A stretch of DNA of 64,000 bases from Methanomassiliicoccales archaeon (lineage in GTDB: Archaea > Thermoplasmatota > Thermoplasmata > RBG-16-68-12 > SOIM01): positions 11,890 through 75,889 of the forward strand of contig SOIM01000036.1 in the NCBI GenBank assembly GCA_004377185.1. The letters are read 5' to 3'. The notes below the pieces were generated by a model. The model was not told the DNA's origin and made no database searches. It was given only the letters and a program-made list of their open reading frames with translations. A program made the position numbers and the translations under genes. Below, one piece after another: positions 1 to 9,499 of this stretch (the stretch's first letter is position 1; the number at the start of each line of letters is the position of its first letter).

Positions 1-3000
1 CCCGTCGTATCGAACAGTGGATCGTTGTCGCTCGAACCAGAACCATCGAAGGTGACCAGATCTCCCTGATTCACGCTCTGGTCCGTGCCTGCGTCCGCAA
101 CTGGCAGTTGTGTATCCTGTATCACGAACGAGTCCGAAGCCGACTTCCAAATACCTTCGCCGTCCACGGCCCATATCACGAAATCATAGGTTCCCAGGAC
201 CGAGTTGAAGGTGTTCGAATACTTGAAGTCATCATCGCCCGCGTTGTAGGTCATCGAAACGTTCTCGAACATTGAACCATCAGGGTTTGAGATATTGATC
301 CAAGCCAGCAGCGTGGAGTTCGCATAGAAGTTGTCGGTAATCGTTGCATCGATGGCAATCGCTCCCACCTCTATCTCCTGCGGGGAGTTCGTAAGGACGG
401 ATATCGAAGGTGCTGTTGTGTCCACCATATCGAAAGAACCTGAGTCAGAAGCCCAATTGCCGTTCGAGTCCGAAGCCCAAATGGTGAACGTGTAAGTTCC
501 CAGCATGCCGTACGGGCCCAAGAAGAAGTACTTGTTCGCACCCGTGTGGTAGTTCATTGTGAAGTTGTCCACCCAACCTCCTATTGGGTCGAGGACTTCC
601 ACCTTTGGTGTCAGTAACGCACTGTGATTGTCACTGATCCTCGCGGATATGTTCACGTTCGCATACACTTCCTGTGGCGTGGGGAATGCCTGCGTGAGCC
701 GGATCCACGGGTTCTCTCTGTCCTCTATCGCGAATGTTCCCGTCTCAATCTGCTTGTTGCCGCTCGAATCCTCGGCATATATCTCGTAGTCATAGGTTCC
801 GACCTTGAAGTACTGTCTCTCCAGGTAATACCTTCCGGTCCCGGCGTCGAAGTTCATGGTGTCATTTCCCAGTTGTAGTGAGTCGGGATCGGTGATTTTC
901 AGTTTGTACCATTGTAGCTGGAAGTTGTCCGTGATCAAGGCCGATACGTTCACGTCCCCGCCAATGTTCTGCGGTGATGGGAGTGCTGTTGCTGCCGATA
1001 TGGCTGGACTTGTGGTGTCCTGTATCCTGAATGAGCACAAGCGGGAATTGGGGTTGTTGCTGGTGTCTAATGCCCAAATCACACAGTTGTATACTCCGAG
1101 CATGTCGTACGCCTGCTCGTACCCGTACAATCCGCTGCCCACATCGTATATCATGCTGAAGTTTCCGACCGAACCGCTCAGCGGGTCGGAGATGTCGATG
1201 TCCACCCTCTGAATCTGGTAGTTGTCCGAGACATCCACTGTCACGTTTACGTTCCCATAGACCTCCTGCGGGTCCGGGGTTGCCGTCGGGACTCCGACGG
1301 TTGGAGGTGAAATGTCAACGATCTCGAACATACCTATGTCGACCGCATAGTTGTTGCTGGTGTCCCTGGCGGTTATGATGAAGTCATAGAATCCCAGCTC
1401 CACGTAGGCCTGGTCCCAGTAGTACTCATCATTGGGCACGTCATACAACATCGTGGTGTTGAACATCGATGCAGAGAATGGATCGAAGACCTCTATCCAG
1501 ACCTGGTCCAACAAGAAGTTGTCACTGACCGTTGCCGTTATTTTCACGTTCCCGCCAGAATCCTGAGGATCGGGTGCTGCCATTGTGTTCTGAATCGTCG
1601 GAGGAGTTGTGTCCTGGATAAGGAAGGTTCCAAAAACACTGTTCCAGTTGTTGCTGATGTCCTTAGCAGAGAGGTTTATGAAATGGATTCCCAGCATGCT
1701 ATAGGCCTGTTCGTAGTAGTACCTTCCAGTTCCTGGGTCTAAGTTCATGGTGAAGTCCCCTATCAGACCGCCGATTGGGTTTCGTATCTCCACTTTCGTA
1801 AAGTCGAGCGCATAGTTGTCAATCACTTGTGCAGATATGTTGACAGAACCATACACCTCCTGCGGGTCTGGAACTGCGGTCATTGCCGATATCGTAGGAG
1901 GTGTCGTATCCCTTACAAAGAAGGCCCCTTGCACCGTTGCCCAAAGGCCAACAGTGTCACCTGCCCAAATGTCGAAGGTGTATAGGCCAATGAGTGCATA
2001 GCTGCGGGTGTAGTAGTACCTCACGGAATCGTAGAGCATGGAGAAGTTCCCAACTGGCGTTCCGCCAGGATCGCGAACATCGAACCAAACCTCCTGTACC
2101 TGGTAGTTGTCAGTAACATTACAAGAGACGTTGATGGGCAGGTTGACCTCACCCGGGTCCGGTATCTCTGTAAGGTCGGATATCTGCGGGGGTGTTGTGT
2201 CCACCATCACGAAATCGCAGCCCACTTGGTCCTGGTTGTTCATGGTATCGTTCGCCCAGATTGTGCAGGTGTATGTTCCAATCTCATCGTAGGTCGTGTG
2301 GAAGAAGTATCTCCCACTGCCGACGTCATACGCCATGAAGAAGGTGCCCACAGGTGTACTGAACGGATCCACGATATCGATCAATACTTCCTGAACCTGG
2401 TAGTTGTCCGTGACAATTGCCGAGACATTTACGTCAAAGTGTACCTCTTGCGGTTGCGGGATTCTCTGCACATCCGAGATGACCGGGTTGGTCGTGTCCT
2501 GGATGGTGAATGTGCCCACATCTGTGTCCCAGTTGTCGCTCGTGTCGTTCGCCCAGATGGTGTAGTCCCAAACGCCAAGCTCCCAGTAGCTCTGGTCCCA
2601 GTAGAACTGTGATGCTACCGAATCCCAAAGCATGGTGAAGTTGCCCATAGGTGTTCCGAGCGGATCGAAGACCTCCACCCAGACTCCGGAGACAAGGTAG
2701 TTGTCCGTGACCGTGCATGTGATGTTGACATTGCTGTTTGATTCTTGCGGATCTGGTGTTGCTGCATGGCCAGTTATTATCGGTGGGGTGGTGTCCCGCA
2801 TTGTGAAGGAACCGGTGTTCGTTCCCCAATTGTCGCTGGTGTCGTTCGCCCAGATTGTGAAGGTGTATAATCCGACCATGTTGTAGCTTGCTTCGTAGGA
2901 CCATCTGCCGGTGCCCACATCGAAGAGCATGCTGAAGTTGCCAACAAGTGATCCAGACACGTCCCTGATTTCGATCCAAGCAGCCCAAACCTGCACATTA

Positions 3001-4490
3001 TCCGTGATCCTGCAGGAGACATTCACGGCCAAGAAGACCTCTTGCGGGTCAGGCACTGCCGTTATCTGATCGATTACCGGTAAGGTCGTGTCCTGGATGA
3101 TGAACGAACCAGAGTCCGAACTCCACCAGTTCCCGGTATCCTTCGCCCAAATGGTGAACGTGTAAGTGCCCAACATGTCGTACATCTGTTCATAGTAGTA
3201 GTCTCCAGTGCCCGGGTCGAATGTCATCGAGAAGTTCCCAACCAATACTCCAAGCGGATTAAGTATCTCAACCCAGACCTCAGCCACGGCAATATTGTCG
3301 GTTACGTTGGTGGTTATGTTGACATTGGAGAAGATCTCTTGAGGTGAAGGACTGGCAGTCGTACCGGTAATAACCGGCGGGGTCACATCCGGGAGTATGG
3401 TGAAAGTTCCAAAATATGAGGCCCAGTTTCCGTTCGAGTCTTTGGCCCAGATTTCATAGGTGTATAAGCCCACAACGTTGTAGGTTCTGTTGTCGTAGTA
3501 TCTGCCATTCACTAAATCGTATGTCATAGACCAGTTGCCGACTTCGGCCATGCTTGGATCTACAACCCTGAGCCAGACCTCATCTACGCCGCCCAGATCA
3601 GTTATGACCGCAGAGATGTTAACGTTCAATAGTACTTCCTGAGGATTGGGGACTTCCCGTGGATCGGTGATAGAGGGAAGAGTCGTATCCTCCATTACGA
3701 AGGTTCCGCTTGCGACGTCGAAGTTGCCTCCTGTGTCCCAGGCTGTGATCTGGAAGGTATGCGTACCTACGTCAAAGTAGGCCTGTTCGAAGTACCAATT
3801 CCCTGAGACGGAGTTGTAGCTCATGGAGAAGTTCCCCAATGACACCATGCTCGGGTCCCAGATCTCTACCCAGACCTCATCGATCAGACCATCGTCCGTG
3901 ACATCGCACGTGATGTTCACGTTTTGGCCTATCTCCTGAGGGTCGGGTGCTGCCGCTTCATTAGAAACCGTTGGATCATTCAGGTCCTGCATTAGGAATG
4001 TCTGGCCGGGGTCATCCGAATGTGTTGATTGTCCCTCGAAGTCCCAGGCCGTGACCGTGTAACTGTGTATACCCGCTTTGAGGTATATCGTCTCATTGTA
4101 CCATTGCATACTTATGGGATCGTACAGCATGCTGAAGTTGCCTACCACTTGACCGTCCGGGTCGGTAACCTCTACCCAGGCCGATACGACCGATACGTCG
4201 TCAAATATCATGCAGGATATGTTCACCGCGTTTCCGACCTGCTGCACAGGTGGCAAAGCAGAGCAGCCCATGATAACCGGCGGAGTGACCAATGGGCCAG
4301 GGGGATCCCCTCCGAGCCAAGATTCTGAAAGATCATCCGGCGTTCTTATTCCCATTCCGCTAACATCTTCACTGTTAGCCTCGTCCAACAAGCCCACACT
4401 AGCAATGGCGAGCGGCGAAAGTGCCGTAGCCACGACCATCAGTAACACTACAGAGAGAACTCCCAAACCCGTGGATTTCCTCATCATCAT
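1..4490 (-). CDS. Giant exported tandem-repeat surface protein, partial: 3' end lies beyond the window start. About 97-aa beta-sandwich repeats (Ig-like/CARDB-type) followed by PKD domain(s).
   Basis: Minus strand opens at ATG ATG ATG (4490/4487/4484) with MMMRKSTGLGVLSVVLLMVVATALSPLAIASV, a signal peptide. Reverse-complement of nt 1-119 reads QDTQLPVADAGTDQSVNQGDLVTFDGSGSSDNDPLFDTT, a PKD-type motif, in the same frame (119 and 4490 both = 2 mod 3). All listed minus-strand ORFs in 1-4500 are in the other two frames. Plus-strand spurious ORFs recur with ~291/297-nt periodicity (1816, 2107, 2701), reflecting the repeat unit. The frame is not in the ORF track, presumably because it runs off the window edge. 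Confidence 0.6.
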   Translation of the reverse strand, partial: MMMRKSTGLGVLSVVLLMVVATALSPLAIASVGLLDEANSEDVSGMGIRTPDDLSESWLGGDPPGPLVTPPVIMGCSALPPVQQVGNAVNISCMIFDDVSVVSAWVEVTDPDGQVVGNFSMLYDPISMQWYNETIYLKAGIHSYTVTAWDFEGQSTHSDDPGQTFLMQDLNDPTVSNEAAAPDPQEIGQNVNITCDVTDDGLIDEVWVEIWDPSMVSLGNFSMSYNSVSGNWYFEQAYFDVGTHTFQITAWDTGGNFDVASGTFVMEDTTLPSITDPREVPNPQEVLLNVNISAVITDLGGVDEVWLRVVDPSMAEVGNWSMTYDLVNGRYYDNRTYNVVGLYTYEIWAKDSNGNWASYFGTFTILPDVTPPVITGTTASPSPQEIFSNVNITTNVTDNIAVAEVWVEILNPLGVLVGNFSMTFDPGTGDYYYEQMYDMLGTYTFTIWAKDTGNWWSSDSGSFIIQDTTLPVIDQITAVPDPQEVFLAVNVSCRITDNVQVWAAWIEIRDVSGSLVGNFSMLFDVGTGRWSYEASYNMVGLYTFTIWANDTSDNWGTNTGSFTMRDTTPPIITGHAATPDPQESNSNVNITCTVTDNYLVSGVWVEVFDPLGTPMGNFTMLWDSVASQFYWDQSYWELGVWDYTIWANDTSDNWDTDVGTFTIQDTTNPVISDVQRIPQPQEVHFDVNVSAIVTDNYQVQEVLIDIVDPFSTPVGTFFMAYDVGSGRYFFHTTYDEIGTYTCTIWANDTMNNQDQVGCDFVMVDTTPPQISDLTEIPDPGEVNLPINVSCNVTDNYQVQEVWFDVRDPGGTPVGNFSMLYDSVRYYYTRSYALIGLYTFDIWAGDTVGLWATVQGAFFVRDTTPPTISAMTAVPDPQEVYGSVNISAQVIDNYALDFTKVEIRNPIGGLIGDFTMNLDPGTGRYYYEQAYSMLGIHFINLSAKDISNNWNSVFGTFLIQDTTPPTIQNTMAAPDPQDSGGNVKITATVSDNFLLDQVWIEVFDPFSASMFNTTMLYDVPNDEYYWDQAYVELGFYDFIITARDTSNNYAVDIGMFEIVDISPPTVGVPTATPDPQEVYGNVNVTVDVSDNYQIQRVDIDISDPLSGSVGNFSMIYDVGSGLYGYEQAYDMLGVYNCVIWALDTSNNPNSRLCSFRIQDTTSPAISAATALPSPQNIGGDVNVSALITDNFQLQWYKLKITDPDSLQLGNDTMNFDAGTGRYYLERQYFKVGTYDYEIYAEDSSGNKQIETGTFAIEDRENPWIRLTQAFPTPQEVYANVNISARISDNHSALLTPKVEVLDPIGGWVDNFTMNYHTGANKYFFLGPYGMLGTYTFTIWASDSNGNWASDSGSFDMVDTTAPSISVLTNSPQEIEVGAIAIDATITDNFYANSTLLAWINISNPDGSMFENVSMTYNAGDDDFKYSNTFNSVLGTYDFVIWAVDGEGIWKSASDSFVIQDTQLPVADAGTDQSVNQGDLVTFDGSGSSDNDPLFDTT

Positions 4491-4594
4491 CTCCCCTGGA
4501 AGGGCGGTTGCCCAACGCCAAATGATACACTTGGCTACTTATAGATTTTTTGCACAACTGAAGGCCAGCCAGAAGTAGAAGACCAGTTCCAGAC

Positions 4595-5335
4595 CTAGAG
4601 CATCAAATCGGACAAGACACCCAAGTGGGTCCCGTCCAAAAGGTGGATCTTGGATTTCTTTAGTACCAGGAACTTGTTCGACAGCAAAGGGCCCAGAAAA
4701 TTGGACTTTGGGTCGTTCACAGGCGTCCCCCCGCAGAACTCGTTATAGGCTGGCATCATGATCAGTTCCCTGGGCATCTTCGGGTACCTCTCGCTCTTCC
4801 TCCTGAAGTTCGTACGCATCCAGCACCTCTTGGAGGTCCTCATTCCGAGCTTGTCCACGAAGGCCACTACTGGATGGTTGTGGGCCGTGATTGCAACCTT
4901 GGACTTCATCACTTTTTCCGAGGGCCAGGCGTGTCCATGGAACAGTCCGACCTCTCCGATTGTGGTTCCCTTTGGGATTCCGATTTGAACGTCATCCGTG
5001 ACCATTCTCCTAATCCCTCCGTCATGGTTCCCGGGAAGGATCTCTATCTCGTCCACGAACTTATGGACCGCCCGGATTAGATCTGGAATCTCGCTCCACT
5101 CCTGTTTCGAGGTCTTTGGGATGTTGTGCTTGATATCGCCCAGTATGACCAGCTTCTCAGGTTCTGTGTCCTTCAAAATGGAAACCAGGGAGTCGATGGT
5201 CTTCTCGATCTGGCTCGGGAGGATGAACCCCGCCTCTCTCAGCTCCCACTCTAACCCTATGTGGAGGTCCGCAACAACGAGAATCCTGTCATCTATCATC
5301 AAAGCGGGGGTGTTTGAGATAGGCAGTATGTTCAT
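4595..5335 (-). CDS. Metallophosphoesterase (calcineurin-like phosphoesterase family).
   Basis: Motifs VVADLHIG, GDIKHN, GNHDG and GHAW in canonical order for the metallophosphatase fold. Confidence 0.6.
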   Translation of the reverse strand: MNILPISNTPALMIDDRILVVADLHIGLEWELREAGFILPSQIEKTIDSLVSILKDTEPEKLVILGDIKHNIPKTSKQEWSEIPDLIRAVHKFVDEIEILPGNHDGGIRRMVTDDVQIGIPKGTTIGEVGLFHGHAWPSEKVMKSKVAITAHNHPVVAFVDKLGMRTSKRCWMRTNFRRKSERYPKMPRELIMMPAYNEFCGGTPVNDPKSNFLGPLLSNKFLVLKKSKIHLLDGTHLGVLSDLML

Positions 5336-5355
5336 AGAAGGCTCCAGAATCTGAC

Positions 5356-6795
5356 TTACAGGTACTCTTTAAGAACGTTTGGTATTTCCTCCACCACGTC
5401 CATAGGCATCATACCGTAGCTTTTCTTCTTGAACGCGAGCTCACCTGCGTATCCTGAAGTGAAGGCGGCCATTCTTGCCGCGTTGAAGGGTTCCACGCCC
5501 TTTGAGAGAAGTCCACCGCACAAGCCAGCCAACACGTCCCCGGTTCCTCCAACCGTCATCGCTTGATTCCCGGTTTCGTTCAGTTTGACCCTCTTTCCGT
5601 CGGACAATATGTCGACTCTCCCCTTCCTGAGAATGGTGAACTTAGTGCGACGGGCCAGTGCCGACACCTGTTTGATCTGCGATTCCAGGGTCTTCTTTGT
5701 TTTCTCCTTGGCCAGTCTCTTGAACTCGGTGTTGTGAGGTGTTATTATTCCGCCCCTATTCTTCAGACAATTTACATCCTTGGCAACGGCGGTTATACCA
5801 TCCGCATCTATCACGTAGGGCTTCTCTATGGACCTGATGAGCTCTCTGACCGCGGTCAGGGTTTCCTTGTCGGAACCAAGGCCAGGTCCTATTACTATCG
5901 CTTCCGCCCTTTTCGCTATCTGGGCTATTCTGGGAACGTCCTCCGGGACCAGTATGTCCGAGGAAAGTGGATGGACGATCAGGCTGGGTGAGAAGGACGC
6001 GATCACCCCGTAGCTTATCAACGGACTAGCGATTTGAACAAGATCCGCTCCCATACGGTAGGCTGCGATGCCCGTCAGTGCCGCGGCGCCAGTATACGGT
6101 CCTCCGCTCACTACCAGCACCCTTCCGTTGTCGCCTTTGTGGGAATCCTCCTTCGGGATCGGGTAATACACGAACGATCCAGGGCCAGCATAGCGTTCCG
6201 CTTCCTCAGGTATGCCTATGCTCCGTACCAGGATCTGACCCGAGTTCTCCTTCGTCTGACCTTCCTTCCTATCATGCAATGCGACCGTGATCTTTGGGCG
6301 TATGGCAAGGTCGGTGCCCAGGCCGCTTGGCACATCGATTGAGACCACTGGCTTCTTGGACCTGTTCACCTTCTTGATTATCGACCTGTGAGGTTCCCTA
6401 AGCTTGCCCGATATTCCGATTCCCAGCAGTGCGTCCACGATTACGTCCGCAGAGCATAACATGTTCCCCAGGTTGGCTGCCGACTCTACGAATTCCAGTT
6501 CATCTTCTATCCTGGCGAAATTCCTGGTCGCTATGGCCGTTCCGATGTCTTCCGCCCTCTTGGCCAGAACCACCCTTACCCTGCAGTGCTCGCTCAGGTA
6601 TCTGGCTGCCACAAATCCGTCCCCGCCGTTGTTACCTGTCCCGCATATGACCAGAACGGTCTTACCCTCCACGTCAAACTTCTTTCGAACTATGTCCGCC
6701 ACGGCTTTGCCAGCGCTCTCCATGAGGCGTATCGTGGGCACCCCGTGGTATTCCGAGTTTATATCCAGAACCTTTACCTCTTCGTAGGCTAGCAC
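5356..6795 (-). CDS. nnr: Bifunctional NAD(P)H-hydrate repair enzyme Nnr (YjeF-N epimerase + carbohydrate-kinase-like dehydratase).
   Basis: N-terminal VLVICGTGNNGGDGFVAARYL (YjeF-N signature). C-terminal ATP-dependent dehydratase region ending GGTGDVLAGL. 479 aa fits the fused form. Confidence 0.85.
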   Translation of the reverse strand: MLAYEEVKVLDINSEYHGVPTIRLMESAGKAVADIVRKKFDVEGKTVLVICGTGNNGGDGFVAARYLSEHCRVRVVLAKRAEDIGTAIATRNFARIEDELEFVESAANLGNMLCSADVIVDALLGIGISGKLREPHRSIIKKVNRSKKPVVSIDVPSGLGTDLAIRPKITVALHDRKEGQTKENSGQILVRSIGIPEEAERYAGPGSFVYYPIPKEDSHKGDNGRVLVVSGGPYTGAAALTGIAAYRMGADLVQIASPLISYGVIASFSPSLIVHPLSSDILVPEDVPRIAQIAKRAEAIVIGPGLGSDKETLTAVRELIRSIEKPYVIDADGITAVAKDVNCLKNRGGIITPHNTEFKRLAKEKTKKTLESQIKQVSALARRTKFTILRKGRVDILSDGKRVKLNETGNQAMTVGGTGDVLAGLCGGLLSKGVEPFNAARMAAFTSGYAGELAFKKKSYGMMPMDVVEEIPNVLKEYL

Positions 6796-6873
6796 GCGGG
6801 GAAAAGAAGGGGAAGCCTATATCAATGTTTTTGGCGGGTTACTTTTATATTCAGGGGACTTTTCCTAGGCACC

Positions 6874-7962
6874 ATGAAGGCGTCTGGGGATGTGGAGCAA
6901 CCCTCGACCAAGAGATTGCCTTTTTCCTTCATTGTCTGTATTGTCCTAGTCATCATCAGCCTGCCTGTTGCGTTGGGGTACGGAGGGATCACCACTTTCA
7001 TATTCTCATCCATAACCATACTCCCCCTGGCCTTCGTGATGGGTAGAGCCACCGAGGAGCTGGCCGCCCACCTCGGACCGGGTGCCGGCGGGCTGCTGAA
7101 CGCCACCTTCGGGAATGCCACCGAGCTCATAATAGCGATTTTCGCCTTGAGCTCTGGGCTTGTGGAAATAGTAAAAGCGTCCATCACCGGGTCCATAATC
7201 GGGAACATACTCCTGGTCTTGGGGCTCAGTATGCTGGTCGGAGGTATCCGTCACAAGGAGCAGAAGTTTGACTCGAATGCCGCAACCACTCGGTCAACGA
7301 TGCTCGTGCTTGCCGTAATCGCCCTCATCATGCCCACGCTTTTCCTCCGCTACATCGACATACCAGATGTCGAGGCAATCACCGATGCCATGAGCATAGG
7401 GATAGCATGCATTCTGATAACTGCCTATATTCTCGGACTGGTGTTCTCCCTCAGAACGCACAAGCATTTCTACAACCCAGCCGGTGAAGAGGGAGTGGCG
7501 GTCTGGAGCAAGAAAAAGGCCATCCTTGTACTTGTTCTGGCAACAATCGGCGTGGCGATAGAAAGTCACTTGCTGGTGGGATCCATTGAGAGCTCAATCC
7601 AAGCCATCGGAATCTCGGAGATCTTCATTGGCGTGATTGTGATTGCGATCGTTGGGAACGCGGCAGAGCATGGAAGTGCCATTCTGATGGCCTGGAAGAA
7701 CAAGATGAACCTGAGCGTGAGCATAGCCACAAGCTCCAGTACCCAGATCGCTCTTTTCGTGGCTCCCGTGCTGGTTTTCGTCTCTCATCTCTTCGCCAGC
7801 CCCATGACACTGGCCTTTGAGATCTTCGAGCTGGTGTCAATCGCTCTTGCTGTTGTCGTATTGCACATGGTCTCGGTGGACGGAAAATCGAATTGGTACG
7901 AGGGGGTCCTTCTTATTATGGTATATACAATAATAGCGATAGGGTTCTTCTTCCATCCGTAG
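6874..7962 (+). CDS. Ca2+/cation:H+ antiporter (CaCA family, ChaA/YfkE-like).
   Basis: Polytopic membrane protein with the two alpha-repeat signatures GNATELIIAIFAL and GNAAEHGSAI. Confidence 0.75.
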   Translation: MKASGDVEQPSTKRLPFSFIVCIVLVIISLPVALGYGGITTFIFSSITILPLAFVMGRATEELAAHLGPGAGGLLNATFGNATELIIAIFALSSGLVEIVKASITGSIIGNILLVLGLSMLVGGIRHKEQKFDSNAATTRSTMLVLAVIALIMPTLFLRYIDIPDVEAITDAMSIGIACILITAYILGLVFSLRTHKHFYNPAGEEGVAVWSKKKAILVLVLATIGVAIESHLLVGSIESSIQAIGISEIFIGVIVIAIVGNAAEHGSAILMAWKNKMNLSVSIATSSSTQIALFVAPVLVFVSHLFASPMTLAFEIFELVSIALAVVVLHMVSVDGKSNWYEGVLLIMVYTIIAIGFFFHP

Positions 7963-7971
7963 GGTTGACCG

Positions 7972-9144
7972 ATGAAACCATTTGCGAAGAAACTGGGCGC
8001 TGGTCTGACCGCGAATGTTGTCCTGCTCGGCATTGTGAGCTTCTTTACCGACATGAGCAGTGAGATTATTTTCCCGCTCCTGCCCTTCTTTTTGGTCTTC
8101 AATCTGGGTGCCAGCTTCTTCATAATAGGCATCATGGAGGGCGTGGCAGAGGCGGTCGCCTCAGTGCTGAAGGTCTTCTCGGGATACTGGTCCGATAGGG
8201 CGGGAAAGAGAAAGCCCTTCATCTCATCTGGATATGGTCAATCAGCGTTCACAAAGCTCTTCTTCGGGCTTGCAACGATATGGCAGCACGTTTTTGTCTT
8301 GAGGATTGTGGAAAGGGTTGGAAAGGGCCTAAGACAACCACCCAGGGACGCACTGATAGCGGAGTCATCCCCTCCTGAGAGGAAGGGCAAGGCGTTCGGT
8401 TTCCAGAAGGCGATGGACACCGGGGGAGCGATATTGGGACCCTTACTGGCAATCATCCTGGTCTCCGTTTTCGCTTCAGCCTATCAGCCAATCTTTCTGA
8501 TCGCGATCATTCCAGCGTTTGTCGGTTTCATCATTACTCTGTTCTTGAAGGAGAAAAAGAAAAAAAAGGTTCTCAAAGCACCTCTCAAGGTCGGCCTGAA
8601 GCAACTCCCCATTAGGATGAGGGTCTTCGTAGCGATCGCGACCATATTCGCTCTGGGCAACTTCTCCGTGTTCTTCGTGATGCTTAGAACGGTGGACCTG
8701 GGGCAGACCGTCACAATGGCTCTCGTCTTTTACCTCATCATGAACATCACTTACGCGTTCTCCGCCATACCGGCCGGGAGTCTTTCAGACAGAATAGGGA
8801 GGGTTCCTACCATAGTGACTGGCTACCTTCTGTTCGCAGTGGTCTGTTTCATATTCGCGTTCCAGACCGGACCCATCCTGATAGGCATCGCCTTCCTCGT
8901 TCTTGGACTGTCCAACGGTTTCGCGATTGCCGTTCAGCGCGCTTACGTATGCGACCTCGCGCCGGAAGAGATTAGAGCCACAGCCCTCGGTACATATCAC
9001 ATGAGCATCGGTTTCGCAAAACTCTTCTCCGGCATAATGGTCGGGTTCCTGTGGACCTTCGTAGGGGTCCAGTTCGCTTTCATATACGGTGTGATATTGT
9101 CCGTGATGGCCGCCACAATGTTGTACGGTCTGCCAAGGAAGTAA
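7972..9144 (+). CDS. MFS transporter.
   Basis: About 12 TM segments, a basic loop between TM2 and TM3 (DRAGKRKP), and a central poly-K loop. Confidence 0.65.
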   Translation: MKPFAKKLGAGLTANVVLLGIVSFFTDMSSEIIFPLLPFFLVFNLGASFFIIGIMEGVAEAVASVLKVFSGYWSDRAGKRKPFISSGYGQSAFTKLFFGLATIWQHVFVLRIVERVGKGLRQPPRDALIAESSPPERKGKAFGFQKAMDTGGAILGPLLAIILVSVFASAYQPIFLIAIIPAFVGFIITLFLKEKKKKKVLKAPLKVGLKQLPIRMRVFVAIATIFALGNFSVFFVMLRTVDLGQTVTMALVFYLIMNITYAFSAIPAGSLSDRIGRVPTIVTGYLLFAVVCFIFAFQTGPILIGIAFLVLGLSNGFAIAVQRAYVCDLAPEEIRATALGTYHMSIGFAKLFSGIMVGFLWTFVGVQFAFIYGVILSVMAATMLYGLPRK

Positions 9145-9450
9145 CTATTTCTGAAGATCCTTGCCCAGCCGCCTCTCCACGCTCTCGACCTTGCGCTTGA
9201 TGGCGTCCTCAGAGCCCTTCCTATCGTCCATCTTGATGGTCGTGACCACCCTCTCGCAATCCTCCAGGATCGCATCGTGGCACTTCTTGATGGTGCTCAT
9301 TATCTCATCGTAACCGCCTTCCAGTATGGTTCCCATCGGGGTGAACTGGTATCTCAATCCGCTCTGGTCAACGATGTCAAGTGCTTTGGCCACGTGTTCG
9401 CTCAGGCTCACGCCTTTACCCACTGGCAGTATGCTGAATTCCACAATCAA
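9145..9450 (-). CDS. MTH1187/YkoF-family small protein (DUF77, thiamine/ligand-binding fold).
   Basis: 101 aa. MIVEFSILPVGKG...TPMGTILEG pattern typical of the MTH1187 family. Confidence 0.55.
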   Translation of the reverse strand: MIVEFSILPVGKGVSLSEHVAKALDIVDQSGLRYQFTPMGTILEGGYDEIMSTIKKCHDAILEDCERVVTTIKMDDRKGSEDAIKRKVESVERRLGKDLQK

Positions 9451-9499
9451 GAGTCCATCCTCCTGTGTCAGATCACGATCGCAAACGGAAGCGATATCC

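Noticed and set aside
624-4578. Many 60-128-aa plus-strand ORFs and minus-strand ORFs 862..1077, 2434..2988 (His-rich) and 2777..3022.
   Set aside because: All are out-of-frame or antisense shadows of the giant minus-strand repeat gene, whose frame (nt 4490 = 2 mod 3) is open throughout. Their ~291-nt spacing mirrors the repeat.
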